DNA of 63,837 bases, filler included, from Reclinomonas americana ATCC 50394 (lineage: Eukaryota): assembly GCA_048213135.1 (NCBI GenBank). It is 10 parts of 10 records of this genome, joined end to end, with 100 filler letters (N's around TTAATTAATTAA, not from the genome) between each part and the next. Parts side by side here need not be neighbours in the genome. Positions count along the whole stretch, not along the records: positions 60,104 to 63,837 come from PS016011.1; 9 more parts are not named here. One strand, written 5' to 3'. The notes beneath the pieces were generated by a model. That model saw only the letters and a program-made list of their open reading frames with translations, was not told the origin of the DNA and searched no databases. Positions 62,986-63,837 of this stretch are shown in pieces (the stretch's first letter is position 1; each line of letters begins with the position of its first letter). The position numbers and the translations under genes were made by a program.

Positions 62986-63755
62986 TGCACAGATTTGGGA
63001 AGGCGTTGAGGAAGAGTGAGGGAAAGGGGGGAAGGAAAGGGGAAGGGAGGGAGGAGGGAAAGGGTAAGGGGGGAAGTGAATGGGGAAATGGTGAGGGTGT
63101 CAACCCCACATGCGTGCGATACAACTGTCTGTCTTTCTTTCTGACGTCGGTTTTCGCAGTTTGTCATTCAAGCACAGCTACTCTGAGTTGGATGTCTGTG
63201 TGAGTGCCTCTGTTTCTCTGTCTCGGTCCTCAGTCTGAGAGGCAATGAGTGGATGTAACACACGGAGAGCGCGTGATACGGAGAGAGAGAGAGAGAGAGA
63301 AGGAGAAAGGGAGGGAGATAGAGAGAGAGACCGAGACAACAGCCGGGCGGAACGAGAGAAACTATCTCTCTATTTTTCTGTTTTCCGTCTGTCTGTCTCG
63401 TCTGTCTCTCTCAATCGCTGACTGATTGCAACTTCGTCCATCTTACACAACGACTCTGAGCTGCTCGTCTGTCTGAATGGTTCTGCCCATGTCAACCGTT
63501 CACAAAATAGTCGACAGTCTGAGAAACAGAGTGCAATCCACAAAAGAAAGAGAGAGAGAGAGAGAAGACAGCCAACACATCAAGTGAGATATATATCTCT
63601 TTCCTTTCTTCTGCCATCTTGGAAATAGCGCGGGTGTGCGTAGCTCACCCACGGCGACAGGCATACACGATTTCTCATTCCTGCTCCCTGCTACTCATTC
63701 TCTCTCTCTGGCTATCTTGGATATGCCCTTGTCTCGCCCCTCTTGCGCCCTCTTT

Positions 63756-63837
<82 letters not shown>

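Overview
Compact, GC-rich, intron-rich genome of a unicellular eukaryote. Introns are mostly about 55-90 nt, CT/GA/CA microsatellites are common, and draft contigs are joined by N-TTAATTAATTAA-N linkers. From left to right the window holds: four tandem CPA2 (KHA1/CHX-type) cation/H+ antiporters; a UBZ-RING-IBR protein ending in a MYCBP2-type RING-Cys-relay (RCR) E3 domain; a tryptophanyl-tRNA synthetase with a ubiquitin-like N-terminus; MTO1; an AFG2/SPATA5-like AAA ATPase with an intronic repeat array; a 2H phosphoesterase; an SH3BGR/glutaredoxin-like gene; CDC27; two paralogous coiled-coil orphans and further orphans; five tandem ankyrin-repeat genes with a C-terminal F-box-like motif; a TTGAGGG-type repeat; and the 3' part of GLE1. 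The most striking signal is that the catalytic segment of the RCR ligase rebuilds its conserved sequence only if four microexons of 4, 3, 3 and 2 nt are spliced in. A recurrent atypical GTTGCG donor class also appears. All gene models are manual reconstructions from sequence alone, with no RNA or database evidence.
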